64,000 bases of DNA, from contig OX597814.1 of NCBI GenBank assembly GCA_951406725.2, positions 120,342,001-120,406,000 of the forward strand, in the 5' to 3' direction. Within the stretch, counting starts at the first letter, position 1. Every line of letters begins with the position of its first letter. Source of the DNA: Octopus vulgaris. Its lineage: Eukaryota. Shown piece by piece: positions 1-14,298 of this stretch. Position numbers and translations under genes: made by a program. The notes under the pieces are model-generated. The model did not search any database and was not told the DNA's origin. It was given only the letters and a program-made list of their open reading frames with translations.

Positions 1-564
1 TTCACCACATGCCGAAATTTAGACATAGAAGTTAAACTACTATTTTACAACCTTAAGATATCTCCCAGACAGCAATACTCAATAAATCACGCAGGTAAAA
101 AGAAAAAAATACCGAATCTCCTCGACTCTGATTAACTGTATACGCGTTTCGGAGTTAGAGAGAAGTGAAAAATGTAAAATCATATTTCTACTCACTCATT
201 CTCCTCATTAGTACAGTATTTCAAGATTGTAAATTTCAGAGCACTGATAATTAACATACGTATTTGACCAAAAGTCATCATACAGCATATATCCAAAGAC
301 CAGTACTTCCGAATTCAAACAGACAATTTGTACACATAGATTAGTAAACAGAGAGAAGACATGCTAAAAAGGGAAGTTAAAATCCAAACCTGAAAACAGA
401 ACGTGGTTTGGGGTGTAACTGCCCTTTTCAGCATGTAAGAAATCACGTCAAGTGTCTTCGCTCTGTGCATAAATCTTTATACGCTCAAATATATATACAT
501 GCCTCTTATTACGCATGCGAACCACTGTCAATAAATTAATTTTATTTTTTACCCACACATTTCC

Positions 565-567
<3 letters not shown>
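1..567 (-). mobile_element. Non-autonomous Penelope-like (PLE-derived) repeat with a hammerhead motif, running off the window edge; related to 62060-62370
   Basis: Colinear blocks are shared with 62077-62250 (ttcaccacat.ccgaa.tttaga, cacgcagg.aaa, cgcgtttcgga.ttaga). Contains a minus-strand hammerhead-like motif and ends at a (TA)n tract at 568. The extent beyond about 220 is assumed. Confidence 0.5.
136..216 (-). ncRNA. Minimal type I hammerhead ribozyme motif, probably inactive (core G5A)
   Basis: Minus strand reads CTGTA-CTAATGA-GGAG...CTCC-GAAA-CGCG-TA-TACAG. Stem I is CTGTA/TACAG, stem II GGAG/CTCC, and stem III the palindrome CGCG. The CUGAUGA core is mutated to CUAAUGA. Confidence 0.65.
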
Positions 568-626
<59 letters not shown>

Positions 627-1772
627 CACGGTACGTAAGGTATTTGAGGACAGATTTATGTTTATAAAAACAGATATATGAGTATATTAAAAATTCTGAG
701 GATTAAAATAAACATTCTTTTCTATAATGTTTTTCAATAAAGCCCCCATCATCTTCAACAGCTGTTTCTATATGAGATCTAAATCACCTACATGCTCGAA
801 TCAAGGGTCCTGGTTCACTTTGGACATTACTCTGACTATGGCAGCTTTTAAAGTAACTTTGGTGTAATGGGCTTGTTCATGTACATTTCTCCGCATGTAA
901 TGATCTATTGGACTGAGGTTTGGAGAATTAGGAGGCCAAGTGTTATAGCTACGTGATCGTGAACATTTCTAACCATCAATTCCTGTGTCAATAGAGCCAT
1001 ACTGCAGAGTGTATCTATCCAGAGTTTAAAAATTCTTTCCAGGACCACAACGTAGGCGACGGTGTTAACCTTATGCCTTGTGGAAAGAAGTAAGGGGGGC
1101 ATCACATGTCCTTCATTGCTGACAACCCTTTAAACCATGACAGTTGCAGGAAATGTTATGTGCATAACACTTGGTACTTCAGGGAGGTCTGCACATAGCC
1201 ATCTGTCATTTCTTCTGGTAACTTTGCGAACTTAGTCGAAATTTGTGCTGTTTGAGAAAATCAAATCAAATCTTTTGCTGGATTTTTAGTTTAAGAACAT
1301 TTTAGATCTGATGTAGTGATTTTCTTTTGCTTTTACTGACAAATTGACCTTCCCTCATCATATAAGACTTATATCTGACTGTTCCTTCTGACACATGGAG
1401 ATATTTTGCAATTGACCTCATTGACTTCTAGAATTGTAATCAATGGCCGTTTGAACTTCCTGGATAAATTCAAGTGTTCTGGTGATTTCAGAGCATTTAG
1501 AATGCATTTTATGCTATGATACTGGTGATACGTTTCCGTCTTCAGTCTCTAACTCCTTATAAACTCTGTAAGAACGAGCAACATTTAAAAATCGAGATAT
1601 TTCTAAATCGTTATGCTCAGCCTTTAAAACCACAATAACAGCATTCCTCTTCATTTCTTGAATAAACTGAGGGTCCACAATTATTATTTTCTGAAACAAA
1701 GACTATATAGATTTAGCAAGAAATGCAGTAGTGACCCCAAAAGTTATGTCCTCAAATAAATTACGCACCCTG
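627..1772 (-). mobile_element. Decayed Tc1/mariner-superfamily DNA transposon (maT/DD37D-like), transposase pseudogene
   Basis: Imperfect TIRs CACGGTACGTAAGGTATTTGAGGACA (627-) and CAGGGTGCGTAATTTATTTGAGGACA (reverse complement ending 1772), each flanked by TA. Minus-strand remnants include an N-terminal HTH-like EISRFLNVARS (1514-1699), MMPP..VN..AY..VLE...K.WID (905-1105) and WPPNSPNLSPID (about 903-938; canonical WPPNSPDLNPLD). Frameshifts and stops are present. Confidence 0.85.
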
Positions 1773-1776
1773 TATA

Positions 1777-2070
1777 TAGGTGCAGGAGTGGTTGTGTGGT
1801 AAGAAGCTTTCCAACCACATGGTTCCGGGTTCAGTCTCACATTGTAGCATATTAGACACATATCTTCTACTAAGACATGTGAGTGGATCTAGTAGGAGGA
1901 AACAATCAGAAGGCCGCGAATATAGGCAAATATATATGTGTTGTGCGTGTATGTGTGTTCGCGTGTGTGTATGTGTGTGTATGTGTGTTTCTGTTTGATT
2001 GTGTCCAACCAGCGCTTAATAACCAGTGCCTGTGTGTTCAAAATCCTCTTAACTTAGCTGTATAGCTGCA
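1777..2070 (+). mobile_element. SINE family A (tRNA-type head, internal TA/TG microsatellite), degraded copy
   Basis: Head ggtgcaggagtggttgtgtggtaagaagc...ccacatggttccgggttcagtc with A/B-box-like motifs; homologous to 4420-4880 and 58287-59065. Confidence 0.75.
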
Positions 2071-2164
2071 GTATATATATATACCCACCCACAGGAGCTT
2101 AGGTAATAAACAGATGGATGGATGAATAGATAAATAGCTAGGTAGTTTAAGAGACAAACAATCA

Positions 2165-2167
2165 GAT

Positions 2168-2239
<72 letters not shown>

Positions 2240-2240
2240 G

Positions 2241-2304
<64 letters not shown>

Positions 2305-2305
2305 C

Positions 2306-2352
<47 letters not shown>
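2165..2352. repeat. (GATA)n microsatellite
   Basis: Direct read of long tandem gata units. Confidence 0.98.
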
Positions 2353-2354
<2 letters not shown>

Positions 2355-3223
2355 GGGAATGGTAGATAGTAACGAATAGTGATCAGGTGTAAAAATAGAT
2401 TCTTGTGATTTGGTCTATTTTTACTGAACTATTGATGTCCTCATTGATTAGTTACCAAAGCTACGCAAAATGTTTTTCCTTTCTTTATTATTCCCAGCTC
2501 TATATGTTGCTCTTTATTCTGAACCTCCTCGTCTTCCTCTTTTAGCTTTAACATTATCTACAGATTTTAAAACGTATGAGTATAGAATAATTATTGCTAA
2601 GTCCACGCCTATAAAAAATTCGTTTACCTTATCCAAATGGTTACGTTGTTTTCTCCAAATGTATTCTGTGCATACATTATTTCTTATTCACTGTTTTATA
2701 GAAAGCAGCAGTTCCTTTCAAGCCGGAATTCCATCTGATGCTATATGTCACCATAATTTCCAGCATTTGTTGCCTTGTGTTAGCTTCTGCACTTCACCAC
2801 TTCTCTCATCGAAGAACCTTGCTTGTTTGTCCATATCTGTGATTATTTACACAAGCCTTCGTTTTGGCAAAATCTTATCTTTTACAAAGTCTCTTAATGA
2901 TATTACTCGACTGACTTCTTTTCATGCTAATTCCAGTATATTCACTTACGCCTCTCCTCCCTAATTTCTCATCACTTCGTCTATCTTTTCTCAGAGATAT
3001 AATCTTGATTAATTTTCAAGTAGTCTTAATTCTTTTATAAATTCTTGAACTGCTTCTAATTAGATTTTTAAAAAAATTTAATTTAGAAAGTGAAAGCAAA
3101 TAAGTCGTTGAATACTTGTATAAGGCCTTATTTATTGTTTGTTGCTTGCTGCCTTGATGGGATTGACTCCCAAATGACTTCCAGGTATACATACATAACA
3201 TACCACACATACATATATAAGAG

Positions 3224-3349
<126 letters not shown>

Positions 3350-3350
3350 A

Positions 3351-3411
<61 letters not shown>

Positions 3412-4419
3412 CATACATGCTGTTTGTATGTGTTTGTGTCATTGGATAGGTAGGGCTGGAATATCAATAACAATTACCATCTAAAGGCGAAAACAATTAG
3501 TCTGAAAACGTGCTAATAATTATCTGAACATTACTCACAATAAGAAATTAAATTATATTGTTGTGTGTTGAAGAAATTAAGAAGAGAAATAATTCCGTGT
3601 CAGATTACATCAAAGCGAGTGTACAACACCATGTAAATACACGGTGCCACTACAATAAAAACTTGTCTGGTAACAGTTTCTATTAAAACAAATATCTAGA
3701 CTTGCCCAATAGAAGTAAATCTATGGAGACATATTTCATCTACTGAACGCAAATACCAAACACGCTTTTCTGCAATATATTGATTGGAAACTTTTCTTGG
3801 GGCTGCAGAATTGTGTTTAGCCAATCTTCTGAGAATCTTATCTGTATTTCAGTTAAAATATGTATAATAAATAGCTGAACATATACAGAAATATCTTTTG
3901 TCGATGCCCATATAATATTTGCCTCACCGATAAAAAATGCCTAAGCTAATGGTCTAACGGAGAACTAGGAATTTAGAAACGTATATGCATACGCACACGG
4001 ATGTTTTCATACACTTACACAAATTTTTTCCCCCATATTTTTGATAAATGTATTTTAAAAGTTGTCGACAATAGGTTGTTTGCTCGAGTGTGTTTATTCA
4101 CTGGAAATTTTGGCGTCTTACGATTCGGAATATCGTTCATACAGAGTTTCACAGAAATGTGAAGAAACACATATTCTTAATTCTGTTCATTCTCTCTCGA
4201 AATATTTTTTACGGAAGTAAGGCTTTAATTTACATGAGTATTGTAAATGAATTATATTTCGAATCAAAAATGTTTCTTTCACTTGTATACTAGTCTCATG
4301 ATCATATTTATTTGTCATGGCATAATCAAATTTCAATTCTATTGCCCTCAGAATTAACACAGACGTCGTTAAATTATCCAAAGCAATATACTAACCTGGA
4401 ATGTTATAGATGGAACTCC

Positions 4420-4880
<461 letters not shown>

Positions 4881-6818
4881 TATAGAAATAATTTAAATAA
4901 AGACACTATATACACAATATATTAAGCGCGGCGCTGTAAAGTGCTCCAATATACAACAACCTGAGCACATTGTACTGGACTATACTGCAAAAAGAATGAC
5001 AGAAATTATTGTAGGTCACGAGAACTGAAATGGGTATTGACACATTCGTGCAGAAACATATTACCGAAATATCGTAAACATGCAAAATGTTAACTATATA
5101 AATCCACAGAATATCAATAACTAAAAGAAAATAGGTGTTACGTATTCCCGCCGCAAAGTGTGTTCTCAAGGTTACATTCATCACAGAATTCTAAATTTAC
5201 TACTGAAGTATAGATAATTGAATTATTTTAGGTACCTGATGGGCTATAAATTTGTTAAAGGTGTATTGCCGAGAAAGAACTAATTACCATCGTCCCTTTT
5301 TAGGTGTTAAGCTTAAAGTTCTAGAGGCTTCCGTCAGTTTGTAATTTTACCTGGATGTAAAGTAGTAAATGCTTTTACTGAAATCATCGACTTTAAGAGA
5401 GAAACATCAACATTAATATTAGCGCGAGAAGTAACCAGCCCAAGAGAAATATATGTGAATAATGTGAACAAAACCTACGAAATAACTTTAAACACCCTCT
5501 TATAACACACTCTACATATCTAATGATTATGAGTTCTATAGGAGGATCGTTCCACTCTTGCTAGAATGAAAAACGAAAAGTACAGAGCAAAAGTTGAAGA
5601 CTTATTGATGTAAGGAAATAAGTGTTGCATGACCCTATTATATGTTACAAGAAAAAACTGTAACGGCCCAGGAATATCATTTAGTACCTGTAAAGATAAC
5701 CGACAGCATAGCGGTAGAAAGGCTAGTCATTTTCTATTAAGCGCTATAGAGAAGGCTTTATCCATCATCTAAAATAGCATAGGTCTCCAGATCCAGTATA
5801 CATTTGAAGGTTTGTGAAATATACTTCAGTTATAATGGAGACCCGCAAAAAACATTCTAGATTTTAATGCTTCCATTATTTTTTTTTAAAGTTTAACCTG
5901 GCTAGATTTAGCACAGATCCTCATGTTTGGAAAAGTATTACGTTACCTTTCCAAAAACAAAAACGACAGTTGTTTAACTACAGCAGTAAAGGGAAATGAT
6001 TCTTGTCGATTGCTCTAACGTTTATATCTCAAATGTTTCTACAATCAGAAATACTCAAATTATACTTATATAGTGGATTACCTGCGGAGGAGGCACAGGA
6101 ATCTCAACTATTTTTGAAGGAAATGTCACAGAAAGTAATTTGAACAAATGGAGTACATGTGCTTTCGCTCTGTTAGTTTTCAAAATGCTTGCAGAGAATT
6201 TGTGTGGAATGTTCTCAGAATTTCGGTTACTAGTCTGCATTCGTGACACTTCATAATTCCTTACATGGATTATGCGTTTGCTTTAATCTAATGACCATAA
6301 TTTGTCAAAGCTACCAGATGCTTCCTCTTGTGTGTTTTATATATTTCTGGTCTAATTAATCACACTGTTACAAGTGGATGCTGGATTCAATATTAACTTC
6401 CGTTTCGGTTTAGACGATCCTAATGTAAGAGTTTCTTATGACATTATCATGGGAGTAGCTAATTGTTTAAGAGCTAATATTCAGAAATTAAATCAACTGA
6501 AAATGAAATATTATACCACCTATTCTGTTCATCTGAATGAAGGACACGCTACTATTTCAGTTACTAGGCAGTTGCATTTCCAACGATTGCCTGTTTCTCT
6601 CATGGATGACTGCAGCATATATTATTTGGAAACAATTATCTCAGCAACCTTATCAAGGTCCTTGAATACCGTGAAATCTATGTTGTCATTCTTTTACAGA
6701 AGTGGAAGATATATATACCTCGTGCACCTGACACTCTAAATACTGAAAGTATTTATCATCCAGTATATATATCTAAATTGTTTGACTCACATTGCTAGAG
6801 CAGAACCTACACACACAC

Positions 6819-6862
<44 letters not shown>

Positions 6863-8695
6863 ACCAAACCAACAACAAAAGCAACGAATCTAAGTTTCAT
6901 GTATATTCATATATGTTGGCTCGGTCATAAAATGAGTATCTAGCTTTCTTTGTGAACATGTACTCTTACGCCTTTAGTAAATATATTGCAGGAGTGGGTT
7001 AGCAAATTTGTTCAAATTCTAGCTGAAGGCCACTTTGAAAACGGGTTACTCTAACCTTTTTCCGAAGAAATCATATTACAAGACCCCAGGCATTCTGGTG
7101 GTCTCGTTTCTAGGAGAGGTTTTAAGATAGGTAGGGAAAGTGAGAAAACAAGCATGCACCCAGAGGGAAAATAGCTGGCCTCTCTAAGAAAACAAATAAA
7201 TAAGTTAAAAGAAAAATGTATGTTTCATCTGTAAAAGAGAAATTTTTCTTTGATTACAATGTAAGTTCATAAGTAACATTTTTATGCTTGCCTGTTTGCT
7301 TGAGTAAATAAACACTCTAGATGTGATGAGCGTATGAACTGTTTGCGACGTTCGCATGTTATATTTAATAATTTCAGCAAATGACAAGGACTACTACAGT
7401 GTGTGAAGTTTTCTGAATTAAGGGAGACTTTATGTGGTATTTAGATATCATAGCATATTCAATTGTTTTTCAAATCACAATGTGGATTGTCTGGAAAAAG
7501 AAACGTAATAAATCGCGATAAGAGTTACGCAAAGATACATAAGAAGCGAAAGAAATGATGGATATATTCCTAGGCAGAAATCATTTCATCATAGCTTTGA
7601 TCTATCTGACTTGAGGAGAATAAACAGAACAACTTCAACAGCTAGACTTTTGAAGACGGCACAGATGGGCGATAACAAACATTGTGGAAAATTATATCTT
7701 AGATTTTATTAATGAAATTTGCATACTGCAGCGACGTGCGTTGTACATATCATTTATGCTGCAGAGATACGATACACAAAAGTTAACATTCTTTCAAGCA
7801 TGCCGGGTTTGACAACAGTAAATACATCAATCACCCTCTAGTTCTTCTCTTATATAAGGCATAGTAAACATCAAACACCCATACAGGCATACATAGACAT
7901 ATACACATTACCACATTCCTATACATGCACACATTAAACGCCACAACCACCTAATTCCTCTGCATACACACATTCATCGCCACACCCACATAATTCCTAT
8001 ACATACACACAAATATCCCCGGTCAAAGTAAAAGCAAAACATAAATACTCATGGTTTTTGTAACATAGACTTATGAGATGTTGGATACGATAATTGTGCA
8101 AGTTTTGCAAGAGTATGAGAAAGCGCGGTAAAATCCATGTTACAAAGACTGGCATATTGTCTAGCATCAATTTAAAGATAGATTCAATCTAATAAATAAC
8201 GTTTAAATTTGTAATTGTGGATCCTTCTGTATGAAATATCTTTACAAATTTCCTATACATTCTATGATTGTATATTCCGCGGTACGTTTTCTTCTGTATT
8301 CCTACTCTTTTATAATACATACACTCATAGACATATACATATGCGTGTGCGTGCGCATTTGTGTGTTTGCCTGCACGTATATGTATGCTTGTGTGGGTGT
8401 GTTTACGAGTTTGTGAATGTTAATCAGGTTTTGCACAGTGCTTTGAAATGAATGACCAGGATTTTACACTCACGGTCGCAAGATTGTGACATCGATTCCC
8501 AGATCAGCAGTTCGATGGGTTTTTCAGCCAAAATTTCAGTCCTCTCAGATGTAAATGAACAAATAGTTGACCTTGCAATGGTTTGACTTTCTGCACAGGG
8601 ATAACATTTGTCCTGCACTCTTCGCCACCTTAGTGCTATTATTCGAAAGCTTAAGCTATTCGAGTTGCGTATAAGAATATCCGATAGTTAAGCCG

Positions 8696-8922
8696 GCAGG
8701 CTGGCAGAAACGTTAGCACGCCGGGGGAAATACCTAGCGGTATTTTGTCTGCCGCTACATTCTGAGTTCAAATTCCACCGAGGTCGGCTTTGCCTATCAT
8801 TCTTTCGGGTCGATTAAATAAGTACCAGTTACGCACTGGGGTCGATATAATCGACTTAATCCGTTTGTCTGTCCTAGTTTGTAACCTCTATGCTTAGTCC
8901 CTTGTGAGCAATAAAGAAATAA
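8696..8922 (+). mobile_element. SINE family B, full length, with probable TSD
   Basis: gctggcagaaacgttagcacgccggg...gagttcaaattcc...tttgcctatcattctttcgggtcgattaaataagtaccag...taaagaaataa. Flanking near-duplicate gatagtt(a/t)agccg at 8683-8695 and 8923-8935. Homologous to 33227-33457 and 46194-46427. Confidence 0.88.
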
Positions 8923-9127
8923 GATAGTTTAGCCGACACAGTGATACAGCGATACAGCGATATGTGAGAGAGCATTAGACTACATTAGCACTGTAGTTGA
9001 TTAGTATTTGCTTTTAGAAGTGAAGAAGTTATTACGGTCATGACATCCACATAGTCTGTAAATCGACACCACTGTAAGTCATTTTTGCCTATTGATTGGA
9101 GCGATACTCTTTGAAGGCCATTGTGGT

Positions 9128-9310
9128 ATCATCATCTTCACCATCACATCATGTATCATTGTCGACATTAACTCAAATCCGTGTTCATCGTGATAGGTAC
9201 GAAATCTGCCGGTACCTGAGGTGGCTGTTCAGGCCAAGGGTGGTATGAAACAGCTGGGAGCACATATCACCGGGGAGGGGATGGCGGAAGACGAGGAAGT
9301 GCCCCGAGAG
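9128..9310 (-). mobile_element. 3' end of an RTE-type LINE (C-terminal C2H2-like finger remnant plus GAT-rich tail)
   Basis: Minus strand translates GDMCSQLFHTTLGLNSHLRY, resembling the CxxCxRxFxSxxGLxSHxRxH terminal finger of RTE/BovB ORF2. It is followed by a short UTR ending gatggtgaagatgatgat, and forms a GC-rich island. Confidence 0.5.
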
Positions 9311-10119
9311 TAATCATCTTTCATTTCCTTCTTTAGTAAAAACAAACAAATCAAATCTTGAAATTAAGATATTCGTAGATCATTGCAACATGACACATTT
9401 GTCCCAGAATCCTTTGTAGCTATATATTTCTGTTTGCTCACTTTTTCTGATTTAAAGAACTAAGAACGAATATTTTCTTCGTAATATAAAATTCGATTTC
9501 TTTTCCACCTAATTAACTTCAAAGGACAGAAGTAAATACAAACTTTAAAATGCAATGCTTCACTTATTTTCTGCATTTATTTGAAATATAATAAATACTG
9601 GGGCCAATTGGTGTATATGATGTAACATGAAATTGTTATTTTTTTTCTTTTACTCGAATATTATATAAATAGATTCAACAATAATTATATAGAAAACCAG
9701 CAACTTTGATCAGCATTCGGTGTAAAATACTCGTACACACAGATACACACACACACAAACACACACAGATATATACATGTATATACACATAGATACATAT
9801 GTACGTTTATGAAGTATAACTAGGTGTGTATATTATATATTAAAACGCTTGCAAATACACACACACGTACAGCCAAATATAAAATAACGTTTGTTGTTGA
9901 TCTAAGAGAAGAAGAAAACTATTTCCATGATTTATGTAATATAATTATTAGGACATTTATGTTAGATTCTCTTCAGATTTAGAAGCGATATTTAAACATT
10001 TGTGGTTGAATTTCTCTTTACTATTCTCCGTTATCTTTTATCGTCGCAATTTCTATATACAAAATCTATGCATAATAATAACGTGAACACATACTATGTA
10101 TGTACGTGTGTGTGTGTGC

Positions 10120-10172
<53 letters not shown>

Positions 10173-10327
10173 TACGTTCGTGTTTATTTATAGACAACTA
10201 TGGGTATAATGATGATTCTGAAAGAAAAAAGTCGTTTTGAAGAACTCATCTGATTATTTAATTTCCGCCCGTGGATGCTTTAAAAGATGAAAATAGTCAA
10301 TAATTTGTAATAGAAATTGAATGGAAA

Positions 10328-10372
<45 letters not shown>

Positions 10373-10987
10373 GCACACAAACATATATATATACATATAT
10401 ACATATATATGTATACATATATATATATATATACATCCATATATGCATATATATATATACATATATATACATATATATATAATATAGATAGATATATATG
10501 TATATATGCTGGTGTATATATGTATGTATATATGTGTGTATATATAAATACATACACATATATGAGTGTATGTGTGTGTGTCTATATTATAAAACTTGTG
10601 TTCGTTTCCTTTAGGAAATATGTTTTGGTAATATATTGTATAGAAGTGTCACGTATGATTCCGTTTGAGAATGTTTATTTCTGTTTAACGAAGAGATTTT
10701 TCAGGTATGAATGATGTAAGGAAACAAATCGGGAAAGCTTGCGCTCATAATAATATCAGCTGTGATGAGGTTATGCTTTAGTAGAATATGTAGTAGATTG
10801 TGAATTCTTTCGTAAACTATAAAATCTAGACAAGGGACGGAGCTGAAAGTATCTTCATACCGACCATAATAAAGGTGGATGAAGTAAATAGACATTTTTG
10901 TACTATACAGACGTCTTTAGGAATGTATTTATATACTCAGAGATGTTATACCATTTCTGGATGCCATAAAGAAGTTACAATACCATA

Positions 10988-11437
10988 TCATTGTGCATTA
11001 CCTGGGGCCAAATCGTCTCGATAATGGAAAGTCTGAGTCACTCGGCTATTTTGAGTCAGACGACGCAAAATATTTTGAGGCAGCAACATTCTTATTTTAA
11101 AAACATAACTGGTTGCAATGGATATATTAGGACTAGAACGCCTCCGATTTTCGGATAAGTGATGGTCCCTTACCGCAGTTAATCTGTATAAGTTACGTGG
11201 AGGAATTTTAAATTCTTGGAACCGCTTGTCCAGTTTACATGTCATGTTTTGCTTGTGTATTTTCCCTTCATTATTTACACTGCATTTGCTGGTGACAATA
11301 CCAATGTCTTGGAGAACCCTGGAACATTTTAACTTGCACTTACCCTTAGGTACATCTATCCTGGTAAGTGGACTATGAGAACCATTGCTAGTTTCAAACA
11401 TAAACACCAACGCGTACCGATCTAAGATAAAGTAAAA
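10988..11437 (-). other. Candidate terminal exon / 149-codon non-repetitive open frame of unknown function
   Basis: The 140-aa ORF is not microsatellite-derived. It is preceded by a pyrimidine tract and AG (tcttcttttcttcctatttttatag| in frame at 11437; alternative ttttactttatcttag| at 11421). No recognisable domain. Confidence 0.25.
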
Positions 11438-12719
11438 CTATAAAAATAGGAAGAAAAGAAGACAGGGTGATACGGTTCCTAAATGTGGGTGATGTAATCG
11501 ATAATTAATACATTATCAGCGGGTACAAATATGCTGCAGAAATATTATAACGGAGCTGATGATGACAAGGCAAAGTGGTTAATCCGTTGAAGTTTTCAAT
11601 CAAGGACTAGAAAATCGGTGCTAAAAATATTATGAGATAATAAAGCAGTTAGGTCAGAATGAATGAGGGTAAAATATGCTTACATGATTATGGCTTATCG
11701 GTGTGTTAATTCTAACAATAAAACATATGTCTAAGTGAATATTGAATAACCAATTCTCAACATAGAACGTCTGCTCAAAATTGGATATTGCTAATCTTGA
11801 TTGCGTTCATGAATTCTGTACCCCAATATCTTTGCACTATTATTTCCTCTTTCAATAGAGATATCTAATATAATAAAACCTAATATAATATATTATCAAC
11901 AGAAAATTCCATAAGTATCGGTCGATTCTATATATATACTTACATACAAATATATATGTGTACATGTGTACACACACGCACACGCACACACACATATGTA
12001 TCTGTATGTGAGAAAGTGTGTGAGTGTGTGTGTGTGTGTTTGTGTATTTATATATAATCTACGAGAGTAATGATGCATCATTCCATGTGCATATTGCAAA
12101 GAATGCCAACAATGCATAAGCGATTCGCTGGTTGGTTATTGCAATCATAGAGAAGGAAAAAGGAATCCAAGCCTATCCTAAGGAGAACATTCCTTCTCAG
12201 TCACCTTCACTACTGCTCCCAATTTTCGTCGTCAAGCTAATTGCGATGTTGGAGGTAATCCAACACCAGTACACCAAGAAGATTGCTCCGTTACAAGTGA
12301 TAAACTACTGGGAGAGAACTGCATCTCTAATTACCAGAAAAATGTATAAAATATTCAGTTTAACACACAAACACAAATACCCACTAAATATATATATATA
12401 TATATACTAGCAGAGATACCCGGCGTTGCCCGTTTACATTCAATTGAAGAATTAGACTTTTCTGCTATATTTTCTGTAATGAATTGGAATATCTATGTTT
12501 CGAATCTCATCAAAATTTACACACCCTAAAAAAATTGTAATCGTGCCAAATGTATCCCACACTACTGAGTTTTATACGCATATTCCAAAATTCCAGTCTT
12601 AATGAACCTGTTAAAAATATTTTGCTCCTAAAATATGAAGGTCATGGAGCTCTAAAATGTGAGAGTTAAGGCCCCTGTTGGGGTAGGGCATCTTAATGTC
12701 AACCAGAGAAGTTGAATTG

Positions 12720-13313
12720 TTGAAAGTCTTTGAGTGACTTTGTAGAAGAATCACTCTTGTATTGCATCAGAGCTGCACGCTTTGCTTCAATAACTGTTTC
12801 CAGCTCTGAGAGCCCAGCACTGAACAAAATCTGGGTTTTGCCTTTCTCTCATGCCGAAAGTATCTATTGATGTGGTATACAAAGATTCCCTGATATAATT
12901 CCACCTACGTTCAGCAGAGGAGGTTGGGCAGCTACTGAGAGCAACCTTGATAGAAACAGCAAGACATTGTCGCAGTGTAGGGTCCTAGGTTCTGGCAGTG
13001 TTAATGCGTGGTCGGCTCATTTTCTTGGAGTGGTGGACATTTTTAGGCAGAATCCTCACCCTGCTTCTTATTAGTGAATGATCTGTGTCACAATCCACGC
13101 TGTGGTAAGTACGGGTTAGTTGAACACAATTCAGAAAGGATCTTTGTGTAATGATGAGATCCAGCTGATGCCAGTGGTGAGATCTTGGATGTCTCCAAGA
13201 TGCCTTGTAGGATGTCTTGTTGGCAAATAATGTGTTGGTGATGCACAGGTTATGGTATGTGAAAAATTCAAGTAGTCCCTGATCATTGCCATTCATGTTG
13301 CCAATACCAAAAC
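12720..13313 (-). mobile_element. RTE-clade LINE fragment: C-terminal half of the AP endonuclease plus linker
   Basis: FGIGNMNGNDQGLLEF...NLCITNTLF...SWRHPRSHHWHQLDLIIT...DCDTDHSLI is typical of the RTE APE domain. It continues with frameshifts as ...RWNYIRESLYTTSIDTFG.RERQNPD...VIEAKRAAL. Confidence 0.9.
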
Positions 13314-13383
13314 ACATACACTTACAAATATACATACATACATACATATACGATTGGTTTGTTTCAGTTCTTGTCCACGAAAT

Positions 13384-13419
<36 letters not shown>

Positions 13420-13504
13420 ACATATGTATGTATGTATACACACAAAGATAAATTGATAGATACAACTGAGTGGGCAAACAAAAATATGAGAAATTGCATA
13501 GTAC

Positions 13505-13703
13505 TTTTTTTATATTTTGATAAGCCTGGTACTTATTCTATCAGTTTCTTCTTGGGAAACCAATAAGTTATGGGGATGTAAATAAACGAACACCAGTTGT
13601 GAAGCAGTTATGAGGGAGAAACACAAAGACACACACATAGACTTACATATATTCATACATATTCATACAATTGATTTCTTTCAGTTTCTGTCTGCAAAAT
13701 CCA
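13505..13703 (-). mobile_element. SINE family A, internal fragment
   Basis: taagcctggtacttattctatc...taagttatggggatgtaaa...ttctttcagtttctgtct matches the family A 3' half. Confidence 0.65.
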
Positions 13704-13997
13704 ATGGGGGTGGGGTATATAAGTGTGTGTGTATATGTGTATGGGTATATATATATATATGCATGTATATATGTATATATATGTGTGTACATATTACATG
13801 TACATCTATATATATATATCTAGACATACATGTTTACATATACATGTATATCTATAGAAATACATCTATACATATACATGTATACATATACAGCTATACA
13901 TATACATCTATATATATACATGTATATATATATATGTATGTATATATATATATATATCTACATCCATATATATATATATATATATATATATCTACAT

Positions 13998-14037
<40 letters not shown>

Positions 14038-14260
14038 ATATACATACAATAGAGAGATGCTTTTGTTTCACTTTATACGGAAATCGTGGAGAAGATGTGA
14101 TATTGCTATGGGCCCGCCATAACCAAGAAGTTAAAAAGATTTTTGCCCATTACACTACATGGACCCTAAGTAAGGCATGTGTAAAATTTTAATGAAATTG
14201 GTTGTGTAGTTCTCAAGTGTTAGGGATTCACACAGACATACAGACAGACAGACACACATT

Positions 14261-14298
<38 letters not shown>

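Larger units (their letters stand above)
12407..14280 (-). mobile_element. Non-autonomous Helitron-like element (3' end at 12407, 5' part about 13705-14280) enclosing LINE and SINE fragments
   Basis: The minus strand ends cgggcaacgccgggtatctctgCTAG|T (subterminal hairpin plus CTAG), like the three plus-strand Helitrons. 14150-14280 on the minus strand begins tatataaa...tgtgtgtctgtctg...aaccaatttcattaaaattttacaca, resembling the 5' ends at 31961 and 46991. Pairing of the two ends is inferred. Confidence 0.5.

Noticed and set aside
2470-2964. 164-aa ORF, and a possible gag zinc-knuckle remnant (KCWKLW*HIAS) on the opposite strand
   Set aside because: The ORF looks like the antisense shadow of purine-rich decayed sequence, and the knuckle match is too degenerate to call.
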